Assembly: GCA_003154195.1 (NCBI GenBank)
Contig: PMCS01000029.1
Span: forward strand, 304,960 to 368,959
Direction of reading: 5' to 3'
DNA: 64,000 nucleotides
Source of the DNA: Candidatus Omnitrophota bacterium
GTDB lineage: Bacteria > Omnitrophota > Gorgyraeia > Duberdicusellales > 4484-171
The position numbers and the translations under genes are program-made. A model generated the notes under the pieces. It was not told the DNA's origin, searched no databases, and worked only from the letters and a program-made list of their open reading frames with translations. Below, piece by piece: positions 34,817 through 44,368 of the stretch (the stretch's first letter is position 1; every line of letters begins with the position of its first letter).

Positions 34817-36673
34817 ATGGAAATAATCACGGCTTTGGGGTCAGTTTTATTTATTATTTTATCGGCTGACGCGCTTGGCCGCCTGCCGCCAAGCGCTATT
34901 TTAAAAGATATATATGAGGCACGAATCGGCCTGGGGCTGGCGGTTATTTCCTATTTTATTTTTTTTCTCGGTATTTTTAAATTACTTAATTCCCCCGTTA
35001 TACTATTCTCGTCATTGCTTATTTTTTTACCGCTATTTTTCGCCAATTTAAAAAATTATAAATCTACCCTGCGGCGAACTGCAAGATATTTTTATCAACA
35101 AATCTGCTCGATGCCGATGTTCGATAAATTTATATTTTCTGTTTTAAGTGTTTACTTTGTTTTACTCTTTTTAAATACGCTGACGCCGCCCACCTGCCGT
35201 GATTCTTTGACTTACCATTTATATTTGCCTAAAATATGGCTGAAAGAACAACGGATATTTTCTTTACCAGAAAATATTTATTCATTTTTTCCGCATTTTT
35301 GGGAAATGCTTTATGCTTACGCTTTGCTTCTCGGCGGCGATATCGGCGCAAAGCTCCTGCATTTGTTTACCATTTTCCTAAGCGCGAGGCTCATCGCGAG
35401 AATCATTAAATTGTTGTACCCGCGGATAGAACGCCGGTATATTCTGCTGAGCATTCTTGTTTTTGTTTCCACTCCTACAATCGGCAAAATCGCCACCTGG
35501 GCATACGTCGATCTCGCCCAGACTTATTATCTTTTACTTTCTTTTTATTTCCTGTTTTTGTTCCTGCGGGGAGAAAGGAAAATAACGTTTTATTTGTCGG
35601 CCATCTTTTTAGGTTGCGCCTTAGCCATAAAATACCTTTCGTTGGTATGGCTTTTGTTTTTGCCGTTTTTGATTCTGGAGAAAAAGATTGAAGAAAAGAA
35701 AGGAAAAGAAGCTTTATTTTTGATCGGCGCTTATGTCACTACGGCTTTATCGTGCGCCTTACCTTATTATCTCAAAAATTATTTTGATACCGGCAACCCT
35801 TTTTATCCTTTTTTTTACGGTATCTTCGGCGGTCGATTCCTTGATGCCGGAAAAAGCGTGCTGCTTGACGGGTATTTTAAAAGTTTCGGCTATGGCAATG
35901 GGCTGGGTGATTTATTGTTTTTACCGATAAGATTGGCGTTTTTTTCACGGTTTGAAAACCATCAAAAGTTTGACGGCGAAATCGGGATAATTTATTTGTT
36001 GCTGGCGGTTATCTTTATATGTAAATATAAAAAAATAGATTTGTGGAAGTCTTTAATCTATCTACCCTTTATCGGCGTTTTATTATGGTTCGCGGCCAGC
36101 CAGCAGGTACGATTTTTAATTCCTTTGCTGGCGGTTTTTATCATAATCGCCATAGGGCCGCTGGGACGGGTAAATAAATTTTATTTAAATCTGGTTTTAG
36201 CGATAATCAGCGCTTTATATTTATATTACCCGACCAGGCAATTCATCGAAGCCAGGCCTTACAATTTTATTTTAAACAGGGAAAGCCGCCCGGCCTATTT
36301 AGTAAGAAGCTATCCGATTGTTTATCCCTTGATTGAGAAGATAAACCGGTATGTTCCCCGCGATTCAAAAATAATGCTTTTAATGACCGGACAGATCGCT
36401 TATTTGTTCCAACGCGATGTTTATCAAGAGGTAATCTTTGAAGATTACTCTTTAAGAAAAGCGCTACGGAAAGGGGTAGGCGAAACCATGGGATTTTTTA
36501 AAAATAACCGAATAACCTTTATACTTATTAACGAATCGGCGGTCGCCGGATATTTCGATGAATATGCCGGGAAACAGGTTATTTTTAATTACCTTGAGCT
36601 GAGAAGGAAATATTTAAAGCCGGTTTACCGGCAAAATGGTTTTGGTGTTTATGAAATTATTTTTCCGCGTTAA
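34817..36673 (+). CDS. Large polytopic membrane protein, putative GT-C fold glycosyltransferase
   Basis: 618 aa with at least 12 TM helices, a periplasmic-loop motif RDSLTYHLYLPKIW, and a C-terminal soluble domain. Confidence 0.4.
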   Translation: MEIITALGSVLFIILSADALGRLPPSAILKDIYEARIGLGLAVISYFIFFLGIFKLLNSPVILFSSLLIFLPLFFANLKNYKSTLRRTARYFYQQICSMPMFDKFIFSVLSVYFVLLFLNTLTPPTCRDSLTYHLYLPKIWLKEQRIFSLPENIYSFFPHFWEMLYAYALLLGGDIGAKLLHLFTIFLSARLIARIIKLLYPRIERRYILLSILVFVSTPTIGKIATWAYVDLAQTYYLLLSFYFLFLFLRGERKITFYLSAIFLGCALAIKYLSLVWLLFLPFLILEKKIEEKKGKEALFLIGAYVTTALSCALPYYLKNYFDTGNPFYPFFYGIFGGRFLDAGKSVLLDGYFKSFGYGNGLGDLLFLPIRLAFFSRFENHQKFDGEIGIIYLLLAVIFICKYKKIDLWKSLIYLPFIGVLLWFAASQQVRFLIPLLAVFIIIAIGPLGRVNKFYLNLVLAIISALYLYYPTRQFIEARPYNFILNRESRPAYLVRSYPIVYPLIEKINRYVPRDSKIMLLMTGQIAYLFQRDVYQEVIFEDYSLRKALRKGVGETMGFFKNNRITFILINESAVAGYFDEYAGKQVIFNYLELRRKYLKPVYRQNGFGVYEIIFPR

Positions 36674-37358
36674 ATTTTCCCATTACCCTTACCGGCTTTT
36701 TTCCGGCCAGGGGATATTAGGGTTATGTTTTTTTTCCTCTTTGCTATGGGAAAATTACCTGGTTAAATCAGGCAAGCCCACGGCAAGAGCCGTGCTGATA
36801 TTTTTATGCGCTTATCTTTTAATTTTTCACAGTACCTTTAGTTTCCGGGGAGGTCGGCCTGGATTAAATATTTTCAACTCCACCTACGCTCATTTTTTTA
36901 AAGCCGATATGGATAAATTGCTGGAGTTTAAGTCTATTTTTTATCCCGCCGATTATTACCCGATTGTCGATGTTATTAAAAAACATACCCGGCCGCAGGA
37001 GATTATTTCTTCCAATATCGATATGATGACCGGAGTTTTTTCCGCGTTATCCGGCCGGCCCGCGGCTAATTCGATGTTTTATGAAATAAAGGCCCGGAGG
37101 GCTATTTTCGAAGAGTATGTTTTTGCCCGGTTGATTGTCTGGATCAAACCGCCGGACAAAACTCTTTATTTTTTAAAAAACCGTTTGAAATGGCAAAAGA
37201 TTTATGAAAATAAAATCGCGATTGTTTTTGAGAATCCCAATGCTTCCCGCCGTATCTATCCCGCAAAAGCAGTAATCCCGTTTAAATATATCGGCGTAAT
37301 CTTAGCGATTATTTTTATGTTTTTGGCTTTTGATTTATTTTTGCGGAATAAAAAATAA
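36636..37358 (+). CDS. Hypothetical membrane-associated protein
   Basis: 240-aa ORF overlapping the previous gene by 38 nt in a different frame. Hydrophobic N- and C-termini. The start is uncertain; an internal ATG lies at 36912. Confidence 0.3.
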   Translation: MVLVFMKLFFRVKFSHYPYRLFSGQGILGLCFFSSLLWENYLVKSGKPTARAVLIFLCAYLLIFHSTFSFRGGRPGLNIFNSTYAHFFKADMDKLLEFKSIFYPADYYPIVDVIKKHTRPQEIISSNIDMMTGVFSALSGRPAANSMFYEIKARRAIFEEYVFARLIVWIKPPDKTLYFLKNRLKWQKIYENKIAIVFENPNASRRIYPAKAVIPFKYIGVILAIIFMFLAFDLFLRNKK

Positions 37359-37359
37359 A

Positions 37360-38967
37360 ATGAAATTATTGCATATTATTATAATAATAGTTCTCGGTTT
37401 AGTAATTTACTCTAATTCGCTGGCCGGTCGGTTTGTCTGGGATGATTATACCTTAGTGGAGGCAAACACTTACCTGAGGAGCTGGTCCCATGTGCCCGAT
37501 ATTTTTACCAGAGATATGGGTTCTGGCGCCGACGTAAAATATTATTTTTACCGCCCTTTGCAGATATTTATTTACCGCCTAATCTATTCCTTGGCGAAAT
37601 TAGATGTAAGATTTTACCATTTCGCCAATATTTTTTTTCATATCGGCGCTGCTTTATGCGTTTATGGATTAGCGGTTATGATTTTTAGCGATAGCTTGCC
37701 GGCTTTTTTTACGGGGATTCTCTTTTTGGTTCATCCGATACAAACCGATGCTGTTTGCTATATTTCCGGAATAGCTGACCCTCTCTGCGCGGTATTTTTG
37801 CTCTTGTCTTCTATATTTTATATAAAATTTATCCATTGCGATAATAATTTTCAATCCGGTGCCGGCCGCAAACGGATAATCTTTTATGTTTTAGCGCTAA
37901 TAAGCTGTAATCTAGCTCTTTTGTCCAAAGAAATTGGTTTGGTTTTTCCGCTTATACTTTTATTGTGCCATTATACGTTTAAGAAAAAACTAGAAGGTAA
38001 ATATTTTTTGCCATTTTTGATTATCGTTTTTAGTTACCTATTATTTCGCAATTCAATCGTCGGCAACAATGCCCCGTTTAGTTTTACCGCCGCAGTATTG
38101 AGAATTCCCGGATTTTTTGCCGCGCTCGCCGATTACGCCCGGCTTTTGCTGCTCCCTTTCGGTTTGCATGCGGATTACGGGAACAAGCTATTCAGTTTTT
38201 TTCAGCCCGTGACGATACTGGGATTGAGTATTGTACTTTTTTTGCTGGTTCTGGCGTTCAAGAAAAAAAATAAAAACAATATTCTATTCTTTTCCGTAAT
38301 GTGGTTTTTTATCACGCTTTTACCGGTTTCCGGGATATACCCTATTTTACGTTTTTATATGGCCGAACATTATTTATACCTGCCGTCGCTGGGATTCTTT
38401 TTAATTTTTGCCGACATCCTAAATCGTGCCTGCCGAGTTGACAAATTTAAAATTGCCGGCCGTATTTTAATAATATTTTTAGTCGGTTTTTATTCTTATT
38501 TGACCGTTAAACAGAATAATTACTGGCGGGAACCGGTAACATTTTATAAAAGGACGGTTAAATATAATCCTCTAAGCGTCAGGATGTGGATGATGCTTGG
38601 CGAGATCTATTTTGCCGGGGCCAGGTATGATGAGGCGGAGGCGGTATTCAAAAAGGTCGTAGAGATTAATCCCAACCATTCAGCCGGTTACTTTACCTTA
38701 GGCAATATCTATGCAAGGAGGGGGCAGTTTAAGGATGCCGCTTTTTATTTTGAAAAAGCCATCGAAGTTAACCCTGAGCACGCCGCGGCTTATAATAATC
38801 TGGCTAACCTTTTCAGGCAAATCGGCAGAAAAAATATCGCGGTATCTTTGTACAAAAAAGCTATCGAAGTTGATGCTCATCTTGAATCGGCTCGCGCCAA
38901 TCTTGCCGATATTTCTCATAATCTGGACGAGCCGGAACCAAAAAAGAAAAAAAATCGTCCAGATTAG
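37360..38967 (+). CDS. TMTC-like transmembrane glycosyltransferase with TPR repeats, paralog 2
   Basis: FVWDDYTLVEANTYLRSW, DUF1736-like TM core, and C-terminal TPRs (INPNHSAGYFTLGNIYARRGQFKDAAFYFEKAIEVNP). The ORF is open from 37330. Confidence 0.7.
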   Translation: MKLLHIIIIIVLGLVIYSNSLAGRFVWDDYTLVEANTYLRSWSHVPDIFTRDMGSGADVKYYFYRPLQIFIYRLIYSLAKLDVRFYHFANIFFHIGAALCVYGLAVMIFSDSLPAFFTGILFLVHPIQTDAVCYISGIADPLCAVFLLLSSIFYIKFIHCDNNFQSGAGRKRIIFYVLALISCNLALLSKEIGLVFPLILLLCHYTFKKKLEGKYFLPFLIIVFSYLLFRNSIVGNNAPFSFTAAVLRIPGFFAALADYARLLLLPFGLHADYGNKLFSFFQPVTILGLSIVLFLLVLAFKKKNKNNILFFSVMWFFITLLPVSGIYPILRFYMAEHYLYLPSLGFFLIFADILNRACRVDKFKIAGRILIIFLVGFYSYLTVKQNNYWREPVTFYKRTVKYNPLSVRMWMMLGEIYFAGARYDEAEAVFKKVVEINPNHSAGYFTLGNIYARRGQFKDAAFYFEKAIEVNPEHAAAYNNLANLFRQIGRKNIAVSLYKKAIEVDAHLESARANLADISHNLDEPEPKKKKNRPD

Positions 38968-38974
38968 TCATTTG

Positions 38975-40558
38975 TTAAAGCCGGTAGACCGACATTATTT
39001 TCAAGCCGTTTACGGTAAGCGAGTAATACTCGTTTTTAAGCGGATAATCTTTTTCGCGAAGGGAATAATTGCTTATAAAATAGTCAGCCTCATCGATTTT
39101 GTCAACGAAGCGTATGCGCTGCCGGTCTTCAGGCAGCAGGATAGGATAATTCCATTTACCGCCGTAATTAGCCGCGCATATTTTTATAATATTCCGCTTG
39201 TCGGTTTGCATGATGTACTCCAGCCCTTGGCGGTAGGATAAACCCCAGTAGTCCACCTCAAAATTATTTTTGATATTTTGAGGTTTTCCTGCCAGCGCGT
39301 TAAAATAAATATCCTGATAGGGATGGGCAACGGCCATGAACCAGGCCGTTTCCGCCAGATTAATTGTAATCAGCGCCGCGATAGCAATATCAAAAGTGCA
39401 TTTTGTCCCGCCGGTAAATCTTATCTTAATAAATTCTCTGAGAGCGGTTACCCCTTTTAAAGCAAAGAGCAAAACGGCCGGGTAGATAAAAAACATGTGG
39501 CGCCAGGAGTTATAAAGCGTTGGGCGGTATATGATCGCCGTTGTCATAGGAAAAAAGAGCCAGAGGAGAAAAATTAAATAATCACGGTGTCGCCGGTAAA
39601 ATTCCCGGAAACTAAAAATCATATTTTTAATAACCGCCGCCAGGCCGATTAGGAAAAGTACGAGATAAACCAGGGGTGTAGAAACAGCAATCCATACCGG
39701 TGTATAATGCCAGGGTGGATGGTTTATCTCGATGTAATTTCCTAAATATAAAATTTTTCCAGCCACGGGGAATTTTGTCATCAGCTTGAGCGATGCCATA
39801 AAATTAGAAAGCGGATTCTGCCATAGAATCGGCCAAAAAAGGATAGTAAGCAAAACCAGTAGCCCGGCATACAGCGCAAAGCTTAAAAATACGTTTGCTT
39901 GCTTTTTATCCGGCGGTAAAAGTATTTTTCCGATTGACTCGCTAAAAACAAAAATAACGGTGAAAAAAGGAACAATTACCCCGATTACCCGTAAATCGAT
40001 AAGCAGAGCGCAGGCCAGAGCGTGAAAAAATATACGCCCGAGAGTTCTTTTATCCAAATATCTTAGCAGGGTATAAATACTGATGATAAACATGGCCAGG
40101 AAAGGTATGTCTTTGGGATTATAAAAGGAATGAGCGAACAGTCGTGGGCTTAAGACCAGAAAGAGAGCGCCGAGCAATCCGGCCTTCCAATCGCCGAAGT
40201 GGTATTTACATAATCGGTAGAAGAAAAATACCCCCAGGTAAAATATTAAAAAATTTGCCAGGTGCCGGGCAAAGCATATATCTCTTGAATCTTGTAAATG
40301 TAAAATTTTCTCCGTGGCGATAAGGGTAACCTCAAAGATCGAGCCGTAGTGCCTATCGCGATTTTTAAGAAGTTCCTTGTTGCCTTTTACAATATAGCTA
40401 TAGGTTTCTTTTCCCAGGGTTCTTTGAAACTTTTCATCCCAGGAAACTCCGTAATCAGTGAATACTTTTATCCCGATTAAGAGATATACGGCAAAAAATA
40501 ACAGGACGATAACCCGGCGGTTGTTGTCAATTAAGCTTATAATTTTATATTTTGTCAT
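38975..40558 (-). CDS. GT39/ArnT-PMT-like polytopic glycosyltransferase
   Basis: First-loop D-E motif (YGVSWDEKFQRTLGKETYSY), about 12 TM helices, and a C-terminal periplasmic domain. Overlaps the upstream TMTC-like gene by 14 nt, indicating an operon. Confidence 0.55.
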   Translation of the reverse strand: MTKYKIISLIDNNRRVIVLLFFAVYLLIGIKVFTDYGVSWDEKFQRTLGKETYSYIVKGNKELLKNRDRHYGSIFEVTLIATEKILHLQDSRDICFARHLANFLIFYLGVFFFYRLCKYHFGDWKAGLLGALFLVLSPRLFAHSFYNPKDIPFLAMFIISIYTLLRYLDKRTLGRIFFHALACALLIDLRVIGVIVPFFTVIFVFSESIGKILLPPDKKQANVFLSFALYAGLLVLLTILFWPILWQNPLSNFMASLKLMTKFPVAGKILYLGNYIEINHPPWHYTPVWIAVSTPLVYLVLFLIGLAAVIKNMIFSFREFYRRHRDYLIFLLWLFFPMTTAIIYRPTLYNSWRHMFFIYPAVLLFALKGVTALREFIKIRFTGGTKCTFDIAIAALITINLAETAWFMAVAHPYQDIYFNALAGKPQNIKNNFEVDYWGLSYRQGLEYIMQTDKRNIIKICAANYGGKWNYPILLPEDRQRIRFVDKIDEADYFISNYSLREKDYPLKNEYYSLTVNGLKIMSVYRL

Positions 40559-42407
40559 AACGGTGAGGCGCTAAGGCCTTTAAAAATCCCGAGTGTATTT
40601 TATATCCCAGTTTTATCGCCTGATCGCAATGTTTTATTGCCAGGCTATATTGTTTTTTAGCATAATAGATTATCGAAAGATTATTATGGGTTTCGGCCAG
40701 TTCGGGATTTATTTCCAGAGCCTTGAGAAAAAATCGGACAGCTGGCTCGATTTGTCCTATATCTTTGAAGATAATCCCCAGGCTATTATAGGCGTCGGCA
40801 AAATCAGGATTAATCTTTACGGCCATGCTTAATGAATCTACGGCATTTTTTATATCCGATATTTTTCGATAAGTAAGGCCGAGGCTGTAATATGTCCGGC
40901 TGTCGCCGGGATTTATTTGAAGCGCTTTTTTATATAAAGTTATTGCTTCGGCGTATTCCCGTTCTCCATAGTAGACAGCCGCTAAGCTGAGATAAGCATC
41001 GGCGTAACGGGGATTTATTTCCACCGCTTTCTTAAAAAATTTCTTAGCCTCATTTTTTTTGTTCAGGCTTTCGTAAACCTTGCCCGCGTTTAAATAAGCC
41101 TGGGTGTAGCCGGGGTTATCTTTGGTCGCTGTCGTGAAAGATGTGATTGCTTCTTCTTTTTCCCCTTTAGCGTAATAGGCCGCGCCGAGATTGTAGTAAA
41201 GCTTTGCCTGGTCGGGAGAATATTTTAAAGTTCTTTGGTAAAAGGCAATCGGTTCTTTCCAGTAGTTGTTTTGTTCGATGGTCAAACAAGAATAAAAAAA
41301 CAATAAACTTATCGATAAAGAAACGGCAAGCAATTTGAATCTATCTATTTTAAATAAGTCGTTTATCTTTTTCGCGAGAATAAAAAAGAATCCCAGGGAA
41401 GGGAGATAAAGGAAATGCTCTGCCATATAGAAAGATATAGGGTAGATATTCGAAGCGGGAATAATACTTACAAAAAACCACAAGATAGAAAATGATAAAA
41501 TCGTGCGGTGTTTGTTTCTAAAGGCATAAACCAGCAAAAAGATAAGAATAACCATGCCGATTATTGCCTGGGGGCGGCTAAAAGGAAAAAATTCCCGGCC
41601 ATAATCCATATGAAGAGAAAACGGTAAAAACAGAAGTTTTATATAATTTGTTATCGCCGTAAAAAATCCCGGTATTCTTTCCCATGAAGAGGCGACGGGA
41701 GAAAGGGAGAGCCGGCCGTATTCCAGCAGAGTAAAACGCAGGGTAAGATAGGCCGCGCCCAACGCGCATAGCAGCAAGAATGGTTTTATCCGTATATTTT
41801 TGCGAAAAACGTAGTGATAGGCTAATAATAATCCCGGAAGAACCAGACTGGTTTCTTTAGAGAGGAGCGCAAGGATGTAGCTCGACGCCATCACAAACCA
41901 GAGCGAAAAACTTTTTGGCGATAGGGAAAGCTTTATATAAACAATAAAGCAAGTCAGCATAAATATGGCGGCTAACGAATCGGTTCTCCCCGATATGTAG
42001 GATACGGCTTCCGTATGAATGGGGTGGACTACAAATAAGCTTGCGGCAAGAAGAGCCAGGGTAAGATCGTTAAAAAGAATGATTGCCAGCCGCCAAGCGC
42101 ATAATGCGGCCAGGATATGTAAAATTATGTTGGTAAGGTGGTAGCCTTTAACATTCAGCTTCCATAAAGAATAGTCAAGATTATAAGTCAGTATTTGCAG
42201 CGGCCGGTAAAACATCACTCCTGTTTCATCGCCGGCTTTAAAATTTTCGCTGAAAATCTTCGGCGCCAGCGCCCAGCTTTTTACGTAGGCATTATCTTTG
42301 ATCAAAAGATTATCGTCCCAGATGAATTCTCCGTCCAGAGAGTTAGCGTAGGCAATAATTCCCAGGAGAGTTATCAAGGCAATGGAAAAGATAGTATTTT
42401 TTTTCAC
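40545..42407 (-). CDS. TMTC-like transmembrane glycosyltransferase with TPR repeats, paralog 3
   Basis: FIWDDNLLIKDNAYVKSW and at least 7 C-terminal TPR repeats. Confidence 0.7.
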   Translation of the reverse strand: MKKNTIFSIALITLLGIIAYANSLDGEFIWDDNLLIKDNAYVKSWALAPKIFSENFKAGDETGVMFYRPLQILTYNLDYSLWKLNVKGYHLTNIILHILAALCAWRLAIILFNDLTLALLAASLFVVHPIHTEAVSYISGRTDSLAAIFMLTCFIVYIKLSLSPKSFSLWFVMASSYILALLSKETSLVLPGLLLAYHYVFRKNIRIKPFLLLCALGAAYLTLRFTLLEYGRLSLSPVASSWERIPGFFTAITNYIKLLFLPFSLHMDYGREFFPFSRPQAIIGMVILIFLLVYAFRNKHRTILSFSILWFFVSIIPASNIYPISFYMAEHFLYLPSLGFFFILAKKINDLFKIDRFKLLAVSLSISLLFFYSCLTIEQNNYWKEPIAFYQRTLKYSPDQAKLYYNLGAAYYAKGEKEEAITSFTTATKDNPGYTQAYLNAGKVYESLNKKNEAKKFFKKAVEINPRYADAYLSLAAVYYGEREYAEAITLYKKALQINPGDSRTYYSLGLTYRKISDIKNAVDSLSMAVKINPDFADAYNSLGIIFKDIGQIEPAVRFFLKALEINPELAETHNNLSIIYYAKKQYSLAIKHCDQAIKLGYKIHSGFLKALAPHRYDKI

Positions 42408-42490
42408 ATCCGTCTTCTTCTTCTTCTTCTTCGGGTATTTTCTACATAATAAACTTTCAGGCTATTTATATTTATGCATTTCCTGAAAGT

Positions 42491-44191
42491 TTATTCGGTA
42501 ATCGCGAAAACAATTTGTTTTCTTTGGTTATAGATAAATTTTTTAACCCTGTATTTTAATTTACTTATGATATATTTACGATTTTCATTTATTGATTCAT
42601 AATAATCCACTACAAATAACGTTCGGCCGTCATGCCGGTAGCATTCATCTTCCGCTTTATCGTATACAACGTATTTATCCATCTTCGCGGTTTTACGAAA
42701 TTGTCCAGGATTGATTTTGGCAAAAAATAAAACATAAACATAAGCGTACCGGCTGGAAAGTAAAACTACGCGGTCATATCTTTGCGAATTATCCCGGGCG
42801 TATTCGATGGCCTCTTTCCACCCGTAGCTGAACCAATCCTGGGATACGGGAGGGTATATCACAAAATAGGCGTGTAAAAAGAATAAGATGTTGGCAAGAA
42901 TTAATGTAATCATTACAATTTTTATCGCGATATTCCGAATATTTTTCAATAAATAAAATACGCCGGCCGCCGCGATAATCTCGACGAACGGTACACCGGT
43001 TATCGCCCGCAGGGCATGGGGTATTTTATCGTTAGTGAGCGACGCGGGGATAAGCCCAGCCAGGAATAAAATAGCCAGGAGGATAATATTTTTATCCCGT
43101 AGCGGGAATACCCCCGCCGGTAGGCGTGGGGTGAGAGCAGGGCGGGACGTCGCCCCACGGGGGCGTATATAATAGAGGTACCACGGGCGTAAGCCCGTGG
43201 GGCCCCAGTCGCGCCGGGTAAAGACAAGGTAAAATGAGTAAATTATAAACGGCGATAAAAATATCATGATTTTACCGAAACCGGGGATGCCGTGACGCAG
43301 ATTGTAATCGCCGTTAACAAAAATAAAATTGGGCGATAGATGAGCCAGGAAGTTTATAAAAAATTGAGATAGGGGGTGAGCGGAGTTGAAGACCGAGATG
43401 GAATTAAACCTTCTGCTGCCTTGCCCTGATAAAAAAAGTTCATAGGGGGGAAGAGAAATCAATAAAAAAATCAACCCTGCGGCAAGAAAAAATCCGGCGG
43501 CATTCCGTTCCGATTTTAAAAGCGCGGCTATTTGTTTGAGGTAAAACAAAGAAACGATAATGATCGCCAGGGGGATAAAAACTTTCATGACCGGATAAGC
43601 ATATAAAGAAAGGCCGAAGGTAATTGCCGCGGGAATCGCCCATTTCGCGCTATGAAAACTTTTGAGTAATAAAAATAATCCCAGGGTAGTAAAAAATGGT
43701 ACTAAACTTGCTTCGTGCCCCCATCTCGTAATCGGGAGGTGCCATGGCGAAACGGCAAGCAGGAACGCGGCGACGATTCCGATATTCTTATTGAATAATT
43801 TTTTGGCAAAAAAATAGGTGGTTATGGTGGTCAGCGTTCCGATTATCGCCGCGGATAATCTTACCGCGAAGATATTTAGACCGAATAAAAAGATGAAAGG
43901 CGCGGTTAGGTATGTATACATTGCTTCCATGTAGCTCAGGTCGAATCTCTGGGTGTAAAAAGGGAGGAATTTCGCGTGCGTGTCATAGCCGGTTTTAATG
44001 ATGCTAAAAGCGTCATAACCGGCGGCGGCTTCGTCGCAAAAAAATCCGTCGGGGATGGCCGCCAATTTATATAATCTAAGGCTCAGGGCAAAGAGCGCGA
44101 TGAGGGTGAGAACCAAAACGTAACGCTTGGCGGCTAGGAACACAATAATTTTGTTCATCAGAAAGTATTCTACCGTAAAAGTATAAAGCAA
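42491..44191 (-). CDS. GT39/ArnT-PMT-like polytopic glycosyltransferase
   Basis: PDGFFCDEAAAGYDAFSIIKTGYD (DE motif in the first loop), about 12 TM helices. Alternative start at 44158. Confidence 0.55.
   Translation of the reverse strand: MLYTFTVEYFLMNKIIVFLAAKRYVLVLTLIALFALSLRLYKLAAIPDGFFCDEAAAGYDAFSIIKTGYDTHAKFLPFYTQRFDLSYMEAMYTYLTAPFIFLFGLNIFAVRLSAAIIGTLTTITTYFFAKKLFNKNIGIVAAFLLAVSPWHLPITRWGHEASLVPFFTTLGLFLLLKSFHSAKWAIPAAITFGLSLYAYPVMKVFIPLAIIIVSLFYLKQIAALLKSERNAAGFFLAAGLIFLLISLPPYELFLSGQGSRRFNSISVFNSAHPLSQFFINFLAHLSPNFIFVNGDYNLRHGIPGFGKIMIFLSPFIIYSFYLVFTRRDWGPTGLRPWYLYYIRPRGATSRPALTPRLPAGVFPLRDKNIILLAILFLAGLIPASLTNDKIPHALRAITGVPFVEIIAAAGVFYLLKNIRNIAIKIVMITLILANILFFLHAYFVIYPPVSQDWFSYGWKEAIEYARDNSQRYDRVVLLSSRYAYVYVLFFAKINPGQFRKTAKMDKYVVYDKAEDECYRHDGRTLFVVDYYESINENRKYIISKLKYRVKKFIYNQRKQIVFAITE
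43105..43220. repeat. GC-rich hairpin-dense ~115-bp segment embedded in-frame inside the GT39-like gene
   Basis: Local GC spike in an AT-rich gene. Perfect hairpin CCACGGGC-GTAA-GCCCGTGG at 43181-43200, plus CGTGGGG...CCCCACG pairs. Encodes the Pro/Arg-rich stretch IRPRGATSRPALTPRLPAGVFPLRD. Confidence 0.45.
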
Positions 44192-44235
44192 GCCATAATT
44201 TTCTATTAGTAAATTTTTGGTGTGATAAAATAATT

Positions 44236-44335
44236 AATGAGACTTAGCCGAAATCAAGCCCGAAGGGCGCAGATTGAGGCGGTAGCCGAATTACCCAGCA
44301 CTAATTTTGCCGTAGCAAAATTAGTGCTGGGTAAC
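44236..44335. repeat. AATGAGACTT-family repeat variant with a 17-bp perfect hairpin
   Basis: aatgagacttagccgaaatcaagcccgaagggcg...gaggcggtagccgaatta, followed by CCCAGCACTAATTTTGC-cgta-GCAAAATTAGTGCTGGG. Confidence 0.6.
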
Positions 44336-44368
44336 GTAAATCGCCGGCTTCGTCGGTGGTAATTAACT

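Noticed and set aside
36636-36673. Possible frameshift joining 34817-36673 and 36636-37358 into one gene
   Set aside because: The upstream protein already ends with a complete soluble C-terminal domain, and the downstream ORF has its own hydrophobic N-terminus. They are treated as separate genes, though a sequencing frameshift cannot be excluded.
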